64,000 nucleotides of DNA from Gammaproteobacteria bacterium (GTDB lineage Bacteria > Pseudomonadota > Gammaproteobacteria > Steroidobacterales > JBFFHS01). Made by a program: the position numbers and the translations under genes. The notes beneath the pieces were generated by a model. It was not told the origin of the DNA. It searched no databases and saw only the letters and a program-made list of their open reading frames with translations. Of the stretch, positions 1 to 9,664 are shown piece after piece; the first letter of the stretch is position 1, and each line of letters begins with the position of its first letter. Location: positions 819 to 64,818 of the forward strand of contig JBFFHS010000006.1 in assembly GCA_041556855.1 (NCBI GenBank), read 5' to 3'.

Positions 1-164
1 TGCCCGAGGAACTACGCACTGCAATCATGCTCCGGGAAATGGAGGGCATGAGCTATGAGGAGATTGCTCAGACCATGGAGTGTCCCGTCGGCACGGTGCG
101 CTCGCGGATCTTCCGTGCCCGCGAGGCGATCGACAAGCGCGTCAGCCCTCTGTTGAAGGATTGA
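1..164 (+). CDS. rpoE: RNA polymerase sigma-E factor (RpoE/AlgU), C-terminal fragment cut by window edge
   Basis: Reads PEELRTAIMLREMEGMSYEEIAQTMECPVGTVRSRIFRAREAIDKRVSPLLKD*, sigma region 4.2 of ECF RpoE/AlgU; followed by rseA/rseB/rseC homologs. Confidence 0.93.
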   Translation, partial: PEELRTAIMLREMEGMSYEEIAQTMECPVGTVRSRIFRAREAIDKRVSPLLKD

Positions 165-766
165 TGGTTATGAGCGAGAAAATTCAGGAACAGATCTCTG
201 CGTTCCTAGACGGCGAATTGCCGGCCAACGAGGCTGAGCTGTTGGTGCATCGCTTGAGTCGGGACGAGGCCATGCATGCCAAGGCGCGCAGCTTTAGGGT
301 GATTGGTGCGGCGATGCGCAACGAGTTGCTGCAGCCGGATCCCCATGTGCTGCGCCGGCGGGTGTTCAAGGCACTGGACGGCGACCCCAGCTCCGAAAGG
401 CTTGTCGCGCCCCCGGCCTGGACCCCTTTGCGCCTGGCCCGCCCGATCGTTGGTCTGGCCGTGGCGGGCGGGGTCGCGGTGATGGCCATTCTGGGTCTGC
501 AGAATATTGCCCCGCAGAGTCCCGCGCCGACTACCGGGGCGCTGGTGGCGGATGGCGGGGAGCGGGCGCCGCCCGCCACCTACGTGGTTCCCCAGGAGCC
601 TGCGGCGGCCAGCATTGTGCAGGTGCCAATTCGCCTGACCAACTATCTCGTCAATCACGGTGAGTACGCGTCGGGATTGCGCCGCGCCGCCATTCATTCG
701 GAGATCGTAGGCTATCAATCCGACGCCGACCGGGAAGACGATGCCACCGACCGCGAAGCACCTTAG
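164..766 (+). CDS. rseA: Anti-sigma-E factor RseA/MucA
   Basis: ATG overlaps the rpoE stop; MSEKIQEQISAFLDGELPANEAELLVHRLSRDE plus one central TM segment; alternative ATG at 170. Confidence 0.9.
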   Translation: MVMSEKIQEQISAFLDGELPANEAELLVHRLSRDEAMHAKARSFRVIGAAMRNELLQPDPHVLRRRVFKALDGDPSSERLVAPPAWTPLRLARPIVGLAVAGGVAVMAILGLQNIAPQSPAPTTGALVADGGERAPPATYVVPQEPAAASIVQVPIRLTNYLVNHGEYASGLRRAAIHSEIVGYQSDADREDDATDREAP

Positions 767-1751
767 CATCACTATGCCTTCGCTGTGGCCCGCCGTGGGC
801 GCGCTGGCGTTGGCCGTTGGTCCCCTGCTGGCCTTTGCCCAGAGTCCGCAGGACTGGTTGGCGCGCATGGCCGAAGCCGTCGAGCTGCTGAACTACGAGG
901 GCACCTTCATTCTCATGCAGGAAGGTAGCGTAGAGTCGCTCTATATCATTCATCGCCATGAGGGCGGCAAGGTCAGCGAGCGGATCGTGTCCATGGACGG
1001 TGCGGGCAGGGAGATCATTCGTCATGAAGACGAAGTGACCTGTATTCTGCCGGATAAGCGCAGTGTGCTCATTGAACAGCGAAAGGACGTCAACCCACTG
1101 TTATCGGCGCTGCCGAATTATTCGGACAAGCTTGAGCAGCACTATGCGGTGGCGCTGTCGCGCCGCGGGCGGGTCGCGGGCCGCATGACCCAGGTGATCC
1201 GTATTCAGCCTCGCGACAGCTATCGGTACGGCTATCGGCTGTGGCTGGATGAGGCAACGGCCATGCCGCTGAAGTCTCAATTGAAGGATGAAAACGACGA
1301 GATCGTCGAACAGATTCTCTTCACCAGCATTGCCATGCCGGAGTTTATTCCCCAAGCCGCCCTGGAACCCACTATCGATACCGCAGGATTCACCTGGTAC
1401 CGGCCACGAACGAACGGCGCTTCTCCGCAGACCGGCGCAGTTGCCTGGCGGGCCGCTCAGCTGCCGTCGGGTTTTGAGCTGTCTGCCTCGACAGTCAAAG
1501 TGATGGCCGGCTCTGAGTATCCGGTGCAGCACCTGGTGTACAGCGATGGCCTTGCGGCAGTATCGGTGTTCATAGAGGATCCCAAGACCGACACTGAGCC
1601 CATGGCCGGTTTCGCCCGCATGGGTAGCGCCAACGCGTTCTCGCTGCGCATGCGCGGTCAGCAGGTCACCGCGGTCGGCGAGGTGCCGCGGCGTACCGTG
1701 GAGTCCATTGCCACCTCATTGACTCTGACACCGGAAAACAACGCCCGTTGA
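741..1751 (+). CDS. rseB: Sigma-E regulatory periplasmic protein RseB/MucB
   Basis: DWLARMAEAVELLNYEGTFILMQ..., MucB/RseB family with signal peptide; position after rseA. Confidence 0.9.
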   Translation: MPPTAKHLSITMPSLWPAVGALALAVGPLLAFAQSPQDWLARMAEAVELLNYEGTFILMQEGSVESLYIIHRHEGGKVSERIVSMDGAGREIIRHEDEVTCILPDKRSVLIEQRKDVNPLLSALPNYSDKLEQHYAVALSRRGRVAGRMTQVIRIQPRDSYRYGYRLWLDEATAMPLKSQLKDENDEIVEQILFTSIAMPEFIPQAALEPTIDTAGFTWYRPRTNGASPQTGAVAWRAAQLPSGFELSASTVKVMAGSEYPVQHLVYSDGLAAVSVFIEDPKTDTEPMAGFARMGSANAFSLRMRGQQVTAVGEVPRRTVESIATSLTLTPENNAR

Positions 1752-2185
1752 CTCCCCGTCCCTGCCATACTCAGAGTCGTCTGCAGGCGCGGGCGACGGT
1801 AAGGGCTGTCAGGGGCGATATCCTGGACCTGGAGTTGGAGCCGGCTAGCCCGTGCTCCGGATGCCAGGGGTTATGCCGCTGGTCCTTGAATCGACGCCCA
1901 ACCCAACTGACCGTTCCCTCCGGTAGGGCCAGCGTCCGGCCGGGTGATCAATTGCGCCTTAGCGTACCCGCCCGTGCGGTGCTACAGGCTGCGGTGCTGG
2001 CTTATGGAATACCTTTGCTGACGCTGCTGGGGGGAGCGGTGTTGTTCGGCTTTGGGAAGTCCGATCTGCATGCGCTGGCGGGCGCCATACTCGGGTTGGC
2101 GGTCGGTCTGCCCTTGGGTCGTCGCCTGCAGCGAACGATTTTCGGTTGCCTGGTTCTCGCGGCCGACGCCGAAACGGCCACGTGA
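1748..2185 (+). CDS. rseC: RseC/MucC family positive regulator of sigma E
   Basis: Cys-rich N-terminus (CSGCQGLCRW), two hydrophobic segments; operon position. Confidence 0.8.
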   Translation: MTPRPCHTQSRLQARATVRAVRGDILDLELEPASPCSGCQGLCRWSLNRRPTQLTVPSGRASVRPGDQLRLSVPARAVLQAAVLAYGIPLLTLLGGAVLFGFGKSDLHALAGAILGLAVGLPLGRRLQRTIFGCLVLAADAETAT

Positions 2186-2415
2186 AGCGCCTGACTGTCT
2201 ATTCACGCCCCCAGTGCCATCTCTGCGAGCTGGTATTGGACGAATTATTGCAGGTCGCAGGGGGGCAGGCAGAAGTGAGGGTGGTGGACATCGATACCGA
2301 TCCTGAATTGCAGCAACGCTATTGGCTGCGGATTCCCGTGGTTGTCGGTTTGGATGGCGAGCTATCCGAATACCCGCTGGATCGAAACGCCGTTATGGCT
2401 TACCTGGCCGCCTGA
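2182..2415 (+). CDS. Glutaredoxin family protein
   Basis: VKRLTVYSRPQCHLCELVLDELLQ..., CxxC redox motif and DIDTDPELQQRYWLRIPVVVGLDGEL; likely GTG start at 2182 inside ORF 2146..2415. Confidence 0.8.
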   Translation: MKRLTVYSRPQCHLCELVLDELLQVAGGQAEVRVVDIDTDPELQQRYWLRIPVVVGLDGELSEYPLDRNAVMAYLAA

Positions 2416-2500
2416 GGCGCATCTGGCCGGGCGGTACGCCATCTCCTGATCGCCACAAGGCGCGTATAATTGCGCCCGCCAGGGCTGGCCCAAAGGTCCC

Positions 2501-4294
2501 ATGGAACGTATACGGAATTTTTCCATCATCGCCCACATTGATCACGGTAAGTCAACGCTGGCTGATCGGTTTATTCAGATCTGCGGTGGGCTGACGGACC
2601 GGGAGATGGCGGAACAGGTGCTGGACTCCATGGACCTGGAGCGGGAGCGTGGAATAACCATCAAGGCCCAGAGCGTTTCGCTGAGCTTCCGCGCCCAGGA
2701 CGGGCAGGAGTATCAGCTCAATTTCATTGATACGCCCGGGCACGTGGATTTTGCCTATGAGGTGTCGCGCTCCCTGGCTGCCTGTGAGGGTGCCCTGTTG
2801 GTTGTGGATGCCGCACAGGGCGTTGAAGCTCAGAGCGTCGCGAACTGCTACACAGCCATTGATGAGGGGCTGGAAGTTTTGCCGGTGATCAACAAAATCG
2901 ACCTGCCCTCGGCGCGTCCCGAACAGGTGATTCAGGAAATCGAGGAAATTATCGGCATCGAAGCCCAAGACGCGGCGCGCATCAGCGCGAAGACGGGCGA
3001 GGGGGTGGTCGAACTGCTGGAATTACTGGTGCAGCGGATTCCCCCACCCCAGGGCGATCCAGGCGCCCCCCTGCAGGCACTCATCATCGACTCCTGGTTT
3101 GATCCCTACGTCGGCGTCGTATCCCTGGTTCGGGTGGTGAACGGCTCCCTGTCGCGGCGACAGAAGATCCAGGTCATGTCCACCGGGCGCACGTACGGAG
3201 CAGATCGCATCGGTACTTTTACCCCTAAGATGCAGGACGGCGACATGCTGGCAACCGGGCAAGTGGGCTTCGTGATCGCCGGCATCAAGGAAATTGATGG
3301 GGCGCCAGTCGGCGATACAATTACCAGCGCCGACCGCCCTTGCTCGACCCCTTTGCCGGGTTTCAAGCAGGTGCAGCCGCGGGTATTCGCCGGTCTGTTT
3401 CCGGTCAACTCCGATGACTACGAGGCATTTCGTGAGGCGCTGCAGAAGCTGCGCTTGAATGATGCCGCGCTGCACTTCGAGCCAGAGAACTCCGGTGCGC
3501 TGGGATTCGGCTTCCGCTGCGGCTTTCTCGGCATGCTGCATATGGAAATCGTCCAGGAACGCCTGGAGCGCGAATATGATCTGGAGTTGATCACGACGGC
3601 ACCGACGGTAGTGTTTGAGGTCCAGACCACCGATGGCGAGATCATCAAGGTGGACAATCCGGCCAACCTGCCGCCGCCCAATCTCATTGCCGAGATTCGC
3701 GAGCCCATAATTCGTGCCAGTCTGCTGCTTCCGGCGGATCACGTGGGCGCTGTGATCAAACTCTGTGTCGAGAAACGCGGGGTGCAGCAAGCGATGCAGT
3801 ATCTGGGTAACCAGATATCCCTGGAGTACGAATTACCTCTGTCGGAGGTTGTACTGGACTTCTTCGACCGGCTGAAGTCGGTCAGCCGCGGCTACGCGTC
3901 CTTCGACTACCAGTTCGAGCGCTTTCAGCCGGCACCCCTTGTTAAGCTCGATATTTTGATTAACAAGGATCGCGTAGACGCGATGTCGGTGATTTGCCAT
4001 CGGGACAAGGCGCAATCCCGCGGCCGGGAGCTGGTGGAGCGGCTGCGGGAGCTCATTCCACGGCAGATGTTCGAGGTGGCGATACAGGCGGCTATAGGTG
4101 GGCAGATCATTGCACGCAGTACCGTAAAGGCGCTGCGTAAAAACGTCACCGCCAAGTGCTATGGCGGCGACGTGACCCGAAAGCGAAAGCTGCTGGAGAA
4201 GCAAAAGGCCGGCAAGCGACGCATGAAGCAGCTGGGTTCTGTCGAGATTCCCCAGGAGGCGTTTCTTGCCGTTCTGCAGGGAGAACGAAAATGA
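2501..4294 (+). CDS. lepA: Elongation factor 4 (LepA)
   Basis: Full-length [31 protein letters not shown]...; typical LepA C-terminus GKKRMKQLG-type ([22 protein letters not shown]). Confidence 0.97.
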   Translation: MERIRNFSIIAHIDHGKSTLADRFIQICGGLTDREMAEQVLDSMDLERERGITIKAQSVSLSFRAQDGQEYQLNFIDTPGHVDFAYEVSRSLAACEGALLVVDAAQGVEAQSVANCYTAIDEGLEVLPVINKIDLPSARPEQVIQEIEEIIGIEAQDAARISAKTGEGVVELLELLVQRIPPPQGDPGAPLQALIIDSWFDPYVGVVSLVRVVNGSLSRRQKIQVMSTGRTYGADRIGTFTPKMQDGDMLATGQVGFVIAGIKEIDGAPVGDTITSADRPCSTPLPGFKQVQPRVFAGLFPVNSDDYEAFREALQKLRLNDAALHFEPENSGALGFGFRCGFLGMLHMEIVQERLEREYDLELITTAPTVVFEVQTTDGEIIKVDNPANLPPPNLIAEIREPIIRASLLLPADHVGAVIKLCVEKRGVQQAMQYLGNQISLEYELPLSEVVLDFFDRLKSVSRGYASFDYQFERFQPAPLVKLDILINKDRVDAMSVICHRDKAQSRGRELVERLRELIPRQMFEVAIQAAIGGQIIARSTVKALRKNVTAKCYGGDVTRKRKLLEKQKAGKRRMKQLGSVEIPQEAFLAVLQGERK

Positions 4295-4304
4295 GGAGAC
4301 GGAC

Positions 4305-5072
4305 TTGGACTTTGCCCTGATACTAGTGATTGCCACGGGCGTGACCGGGGTGATTTGGGCCTTTGACGCGCTGGTGTTACAGCGCGGTCGGGCCGGCGAC
4401 GCGGAGCGCGGTGAGCCTATCCTGGTCGAGTACGCGCGCGCTTTCTTCCCCATTCTGCTATTCGTGCTCGTGTTGCGGTCCTTTCTTTACGAGCCGTTTC
4501 GTATCCCGTCGGGCTCCATGACACCGACTCTGCTGGAGGGCGACTTCATTTTTGTGAACAAGTTCGTGTACGGGCTGCGGCTTCCGGTAGTAAATATCAA
4601 GTTGGTGGCGATTGGCGAGCCCGAGCGCGGCGATGTCATGGTATTCAAGCTGCCTTCGGATTCAGGCACGAATTACATCAAGCGAGTGGTGGGTCTGCCC
4701 GGGGATGTGGTGGAGTATCGCAACAAGCGGCTGGAGATCAATGGCGAGCCCGTGCCCCTTGAGTTTCTCGGGACCTATGATGGGCCAGGGCAGGTGGGTG
4801 CGGGGCTGGCCCGGGAACAGCTGGGCGACGCGGAGCACGAGGTGCTCGTCATGCGCGGCCGGATGAGCCCTGAGGGAACCTACGTGGTGCCCAAGGGACA
4901 TTTCTTCGTCATGGGTGACAATCGGGACAACAGCAGGGACAGCCGCTTTCAGGGCGTGAGCTTCATACCCGAAGACCGATTGGTGGGCAAGGCCGTGCGG
5001 ATCTGGATGAACTGGCGTGTGCCCTCCCAGGGTGGGCCGCTGTGGGGCCGGATTGGCACCAAAATAGAGTGA
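4305..5072 (+). CDS. lepB: Signal peptidase I
   Basis: IPSGSMTPTLLEGDFIFVNKFVYGLRLP and GDNRDNSRDSRFQG motifs; probable TTG start at 4305 with AGGAG at 4294-4298 (ORF track opens at 4266). Confidence 0.93.
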   Translation: MDFALILVIATGVTGVIWAFDALVLQRGRAGDAERGEPILVEYARAFFPILLFVLVLRSFLYEPFRIPSGSMTPTLLEGDFIFVNKFVYGLRLPVVNIKLVAIGEPERGDVMVFKLPSDSGTNYIKRVVGLPGDVVEYRNKRLEINGEPVPLEFLGTYDGPGQVGAGLAREQLGDAEHEVLVMRGRMSPEGTYVVPKGHFFVMGDNRDNSRDSRFQGVSFIPEDRLVGKAVRIWMNWRVPSQGGPLWGRIGTKIE

Positions 5073-5077
5073 CAGCT

Positions 5078-5452
5078 ATGAGCAAGACATTTGGGCACAG
5101 ACAGCGTGGTATGACGGCGCTCGGGTTCATCATTAGCATCGCCGTGGTGGGCGTTCTGCTGTTCGGTGTTCTGAAAGTTACCCCAATCTACCTGGAAAAT
5201 AGACGCCTGGAAGCGGTGCTCGCCTACATCAAGCAGGAGATGGATGGCCAGGGTGCCACGGCAAACCAGATCCGCATGTCCATGGCGCGGCGCCTGGATA
5301 TCGAGATGATCAAGCTACCGCCAGAGGTCATGAAGATCAGGAAGTCGCGGAACGGCTATACTATCGAGGTCAAGTACGATAACCGTACCCATTACTTTGG
5401 TGATCTGTGGCTGGTGGTCGCTCTAGACGAACGGGTAGAAATCATTCGTTAG
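5078..5452 (+). CDS. DUF4845 domain protein with pilin-like N-terminus
   Basis: MSKTFGHRQRGMTALGFIISIAVVGVLLFGVLKVTPIYLENRRLEAVL; conserved location between lepB and rnc. Confidence 0.8.
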   Translation: MSKTFGHRQRGMTALGFIISIAVVGVLLFGVLKVTPIYLENRRLEAVLAYIKQEMDGQGATANQIRMSMARRLDIEMIKLPPEVMKIRKSRNGYTIEVKYDNRTHYFGDLWLVVALDERVEIIR

Positions 5453-6144
5453 CTGCCGCCCTGTCCTGGGCAACGCGATATCTCCAGTACGAGTTCGACG
5501 ATCCTGCGCTGCTGCAGCAGGCTCTGACCCATCGCAGTGCCGCCAGCAAGCCAGACAACGAGCGGCTCGAATTCCTTGGCGATGCCTTCTTGAATTTTGT
5601 CATTGCCGAAGCTCTGTACGCGGGTCAACCGGGGTACAGCGAGGGTGATCTGACCAAACTACGGGCAACCCTGGTGCGGGGCAGCACTCTGGCGGAGGTC
5701 GCATTGGGGCTGGGTGTTGATAAGCACCTCATTCTCGGCGCAGGGGATCTGAAGACCGGCGGTGCGCAGCGCATGTCCACGTTGGCGAACGCTCTTGAGG
5801 CGGTGTTGGGCGCAGTGCTGCTGGATAGCGATCCGGCCACCGCGCGCAAGGTTGTGTTGCGGCTTTTCGCCGCTCGGATGGCTCGGCTGCCAGATCCTGC
5901 CGAGCTCAAGGACGCCAAAACCCGGCTGCAGGAATGGTTGCAGGCGCGCCGCCGCACGCTGCCGGTCTACGAGATGACGGCGGTGACCGGTGCCCAGCAT
6001 AATCAGAGTTTTACGGTTGAGTGTCGTGTTCCGGAGGAGGATGCTGCGACCAGCGGCACCGGTGCCAGCCGGCGGAGTGCTGAGCAGCAGGCCGCGCAGC
6101 AGATGCTCGACAGGTTGCAGGGTCATGCCGACAAAGACGTATAG
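5407..6144 (+). CDS. rnc: Ribonuclease III (start uncertain: GTG 5407 or CTG 5461)
   Basis: ALTHRSAASKPDNERLEFLGDAFLNFVIAEALY signature and dsRBD; between DUF4845 and era. Confidence 0.93.
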   Translation: MAGGRSRRTGRNHSLAAALSWATRYLQYEFDDPALLQQALTHRSAASKPDNERLEFLGDAFLNFVIAEALYAGQPGYSEGDLTKLRATLVRGSTLAEVALGLGVDKHLILGAGDLKTGGAQRMSTLANALEAVLGAVLLDSDPATARKVVLRLFAARMARLPDPAELKDAKTRLQEWLQARRRTLPVYEMTAVTGAQHNQSFTVECRVPEEDAATSGTGASRRSAEQQAAQQMLDRLQGHADKDV

Positions 6145-7021
6145 CGGGTATGTGGCCATCGTTGGCCGCCCCAATGTGGGCAAATCCACACTGATCAACG
6201 CCCTGGTGGGCGAAAAGATCAGCATCACCACACCGAAGCCCCAGACGACGCGGCATCGTATCCTCGGGGTGCTCACGCAGGGGCCGCGCCAGGCAGTGCT
6301 CGTGGATACCCCTGGCCTGCAGCAGGACACGAAGCGGGCCATCCATCGACTCATGACCCGTACCGTGCACCAGGCGTTGGCCGATGCTGACGTGATCGTA
6401 TTGGTGGTGGAAGCGGGGCGGCTCGAGAAGCAGGATGAGTTTCTGATCCGGCTGGCCTCCGAGTCCGGGATGCCGCTGGTGCTGGTTGTCAACAAAATCG
6501 ATCGCGTGACACCGCGGGAGCGACTGCTGCCCTATCTGCAGCGCCTCGGCGAAGCAGGCGATTTCACCGCCATCGTGCCGGTGTCTGCGAAGAGCGGCGA
6601 GAACCTGCCTGAACTGGCCCGCTGTATTCTGGATGCTGTGCCGGCGGGTCCGCGCTTATTTCCTGAAGGCATGCGGACCGATCGGGATCAGGCCTTCCGG
6701 GTGGTGGAAATCATCCGCGAAAAGTTGATGCTGCGGTTACATCAGGAAGTGCCCTACGGCATCAGCGTCGAGCTTGAACACATGAGACCCGTGGGTCAGG
6801 GCTGGTTGCTGCACGCCGTGGTCTGGGTGGAGCGGGATGCCCACAAGGCCATCGTCGTAGGCAGGGGTGGCCGGGTCATGAAGGACGTCGGCGGCGCGGC
6901 GCGGGCAGAACTCAGTCGCCTGCTGGGCGGCCCGGTGCATCTGGAGCTGTGGGTCAAGGTGCGCAAGCACTGGGCGGATAGCGAGCGGACCCTGCGGCAG
7001 ATGGGCCTGGACGTGACATGA
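6125..7021 (+). CDS. era: GTPase Era
   Basis: SGYVAIVGRPNVGKSTLINALVGEKISITTPKPQTTRHRI, C-terminal KH domain; ATG 6125 overlaps rnc end. Confidence 0.96.
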   Translation: MPTKTYSGYVAIVGRPNVGKSTLINALVGEKISITTPKPQTTRHRILGVLTQGPRQAVLVDTPGLQQDTKRAIHRLMTRTVHQALADADVIVLVVEAGRLEKQDEFLIRLASESGMPLVLVVNKIDRVTPRERLLPYLQRLGEAGDFTAIVPVSAKSGENLPELARCILDAVPAGPRLFPEGMRTDRDQAFRVVEIIREKLMLRLHQEVPYGISVELEHMRPVGQGWLLHAVVWVERDAHKAIVVGRGGRVMKDVGGAARAELSRLLGGPVHLELWVKVRKHWADSERTLRQMGLDVT

Positions 7022-7734
7022 CTGAAACCCAGCGAATAGCCCTGGAAGCAGGATTCGTTCTGCATCACAGGCCATTTCGCAATACCAGTCAGCTAGTGGA
7101 TTGTCTGACCGAGAATCATGGCCTGATACGCCTCGTGGCAAGGGGTTCACGCCGTTCCCGGGGCGGGCAGCGGGCAGTATTGCAGCCTTTCGTTCCGCTC
7201 CGACTGTCCTGGGTGAGCCGGTCCGATCTGGGTCGTCTCACCGCGGTGGAGGGCGTTACTCATCTTTTCGACCTGCCCCAGGCTCGTCTGCTGGCGGGTT
7301 TTTATGCCAACGAGCTGGTCCTGCGGTTGCTGCATCGGGGCGATCCGAATCCGGCGGTATTTTCCTGCTATAGTGACGCGCTTTTGGATCTGGCCGGCGC
7401 ACCCGCCGTGGCCCGCACGCTGCGGATTTTCGAGGCGCGGCTGCTCACGGCTCTGGGTTACGGCTTGAATCTGGACCAGGATGTGGCCACCGGCAGCGCG
7501 CTGCGACCGGAGCAGGTCTATGCCTATGACGCCCAACAGGGTGCGCGGGCCGTGACCCATGCGTCGGGCCGTGCGACGTTCTCCGGCGCGCACTTGATTT
7601 CCTTGCGCCAGGAAAAGCTGGAGGACGCGGAGAGTCTGGGGGCTGCCAAGCGCCTGCTGCATGCGGTGCTGGAGCACCACCTGGAGGGCAGGCCTCTCAA
7701 GAGCTGGGCGGTTATCAAGGATGTCTATCGTTAA
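7018..7734 (+). CDS. recO: DNA repair protein RecO
   Basis: GLIRLVARGSRRSRGG...LQPFVPLRLSW RecO N-terminal OB pattern; era-recO-pdxJ order. Confidence 0.9.
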   Translation: MTETQRIALEAGFVLHHRPFRNTSQLVDCLTENHGLIRLVARGSRRSRGGQRAVLQPFVPLRLSWVSRSDLGRLTAVEGVTHLFDLPQARLLAGFYANELVLRLLHRGDPNPAVFSCYSDALLDLAGAPAVARTLRIFEARLLTALGYGLNLDQDVATGSALRPEQVYAYDAQQGARAVTHASGRATFSGAHLISLRQEKLEDAESLGAAKRLLHAVLEHHLEGRPLKSWAVIKDVYR

Positions 7735-7746
7735 CGAGTCTGAGGT

Positions 7747-8484
7747 GTGGTTGAGAGCAACCGTATTCTGTTGGGAGTAAATGTCGATCACGTCGCGACG
7801 CTGCGGCAGGCCCGGCTCACGCCATATCCGGATCCGGTTGCGGCCGCCCAGTTGGCAGAACGATCAGGCGCCGACAGTATCACCGTGCATCTGCGCGAAG
7901 ACCGGCGTCATATCCAAGAACGAGACGTGCGCCAGATGCAACACTGTTTGGCGACCCGGGTGAATCTGGAAATGGCGGTCACCACAGAGATGCTTGCGCT
8001 GGCTGTGGACATCGGACCCGCTGACTGCTGTCTGGTTCCCGAGCGGCGCGCCGAGTTGACCACCGAAGGCGGGCTGGATGTAGCGTCTCAGGTGGACCGT
8101 ATTCAGGCTGCGTGCCGGCGTTTGAGCGACGCCGGTATCCGGGTGTCCCTGTTCGTGGATCCCGACCCTGCGCAGCTGGACGCCAGCGCCGCCTGCGGGG
8201 CGCCGGTGGTGGAACTGCATACCGGGGCATACGCTGATGCTCGTGACCCCGCCGTGCGGGACGAGGAGTTAGCGCGGATTCGTCACGCTGTGGACCATGC
8301 CGCCGGTCTCGGCCTTACGGTACACGCGGGGCACGGCCTCCACTATGACAACGTGCAGGCGGTCGCTGCCCTGCCGCTGGTTGCAGAGCTCAACATTGGC
8401 CACGCGATCGTGGCGCAGGCGGTGTTTGAGGGTCTCGCGGAAGCCGTGGCCCGCATGAAAGCGCTGATGCTGGCGGCGCGGTAG
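7747..8484 (+). CDS. pdxJ: Pyridoxine 5'-phosphate synthase
   Basis: [27 protein letters not shown]..., [10 protein letters not shown]. Confidence 0.96.
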   Translation: MVESNRILLGVNVDHVATLRQARLTPYPDPVAAAQLAERSGADSITVHLREDRRHIQERDVRQMQHCLATRVNLEMAVTTEMLALAVDIGPADCCLVPERRAELTTEGGLDVASQVDRIQAACRRLSDAGIRVSLFVDPDPAQLDASAACGAPVVELHTGAYADARDPAVRDEELARIRHAVDHAAGLGLTVHAGHGLHYDNVQAVAALPLVAELNIGHAIVAQAVFEGLAEAVARMKALMLAAR

Positions 8485-8486
8485 CC

Positions 8487-8867
8487 ATGATTTTCGGGAT
8501 CGGCACCGACGTGGTGCAGCTGAGCCGTGTGCAGGCTACCTGGGACAAGTTCGGCAGTCATTTTGCGGATCGACTGCTGCTGGACGCCGAGGGCGAGTTG
8601 TTTCAGCGCGCCAAGAACCCGGTGCGTTTCTTGGCCATGCGGTTCGCCGCCAAGGAAGCGGTGGTCAAAGCTATGGGAACCGGTTTTGCGCACGGGATGT
8701 GGATCCGTGATGTGGGTACGGTACCGAATCAGTGGGGTAAGCCGGAGATTATCTATTCTGAACGCGGTGCAGCCATGTGCGAAAAACTCGGTGTGGGCGA
8801 GGGGCATCTGACCCTCACTGACGAAGCCGGCCTGGTGTTGGCGGTTGCCGTTCTGCTGCGCCGTTGA
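8487..8867 (+). CDS. acpS: Holo-[acyl-carrier-protein] synthase
   Basis: IFGIGTDVVQLSRVQ..., RFLAMRFAAKEAVVKAMGTGF. Confidence 0.95.
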   Translation: MIFGIGTDVVQLSRVQATWDKFGSHFADRLLLDAEGELFQRAKNPVRFLAMRFAAKEAVVKAMGTGFAHGMWIRDVGTVPNQWGKPEIIYSERGAAMCEKLGVGEGHLTLTDEAGLVLAVAVLLRR

Positions 8868-8871
8868 AACA

Positions 8872-9657
8872 ATGCCTCGGATGCACACCCTGGCCTTCGA
8901 TATCGAGACGGTCCCCGACACCGAGTTCGGCCGACGGCTGCTCAATATGGGCGAGGTCGGCGAGGACGATGTTGCAAAGGCGATGTTTTTCCGTCAGCGC
9001 CAGACTCGCAACACCGAGTTCCTCCCGTTGCCTCAGCACCGGATCGTTGCGATATCGGTGGCTCTGCGCAGCGCTGACACATTGAGGGTATGGAGTCTGG
9101 GCGACGCCGATGCGGGTGAACAGGAGTTGATCCAGCGCTTTTACGACGGTCTGGAGCGCTACAGCCCCGTGCTGGTCTCCTGGAACGGCGGCGGTTTCGA
9201 TCTGCCGGTGCTTCACTATCGGTCCCTGCTCCACGGTGTCAGCGCGCCGCGCTACTGGGATACCGGCGATCAGGATCGGGAGTTTCGCTTCAACAACTAT
9301 CTGAGCCGCTTTCATTGGCGGCATATTGATCTGATGGACGTGCTGTCAGGCTATCAGCCCGGTGGGCGCGCGTCCCTTGAGCACATCGCGATTCTGCTGG
9401 GCCTGCCTGGCAAACTCGGGATGAGCGGCGATCAAGTGTGGGAAACATATCGGCGCGGCGATCTGACCGCCATCCGTTGCTATTGTGAAACGGATGTCCT
9501 GAATACCTATCTGATTTACCTGCGATTCCAGCTCATCCGGGGCCTGCTCGATCAGCCTGGATATGCTCAGGAGGTGGCCCTGGTGCGCGATTATCTGGCC
9601 AGCCAGGAGGCAGCCCATTTTCGCGAGTTCCTCAGTTGTTGGGCTGAGCCGGAATAG
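8872..9657 (+). CDS. Predicted 3'-5' exonuclease related to the PolB exonuclease domain
   Basis: LAFDIETVPDTEFGRRLL, SWNGGGFDLPVLHYRSL, GRASLEHIAILLGLPGK; DEDD-type exonuclease motifs. Confidence 0.8.
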   Translation: MPRMHTLAFDIETVPDTEFGRRLLNMGEVGEDDVAKAMFFRQRQTRNTEFLPLPQHRIVAISVALRSADTLRVWSLGDADAGEQELIQRFYDGLERYSPVLVSWNGGGFDLPVLHYRSLLHGVSAPRYWDTGDQDREFRFNNYLSRFHWRHIDLMDVLSGYQPGGRASLEHIAILLGLPGKLGMSGDQVWETYRRGDLTAIRCYCETDVLNTYLIYLRFQLIRGLLDQPGYAQEVALVRDYLASQEAAHFREFLSCWAEPE

Positions 9658-9664
9658 CCGACCC

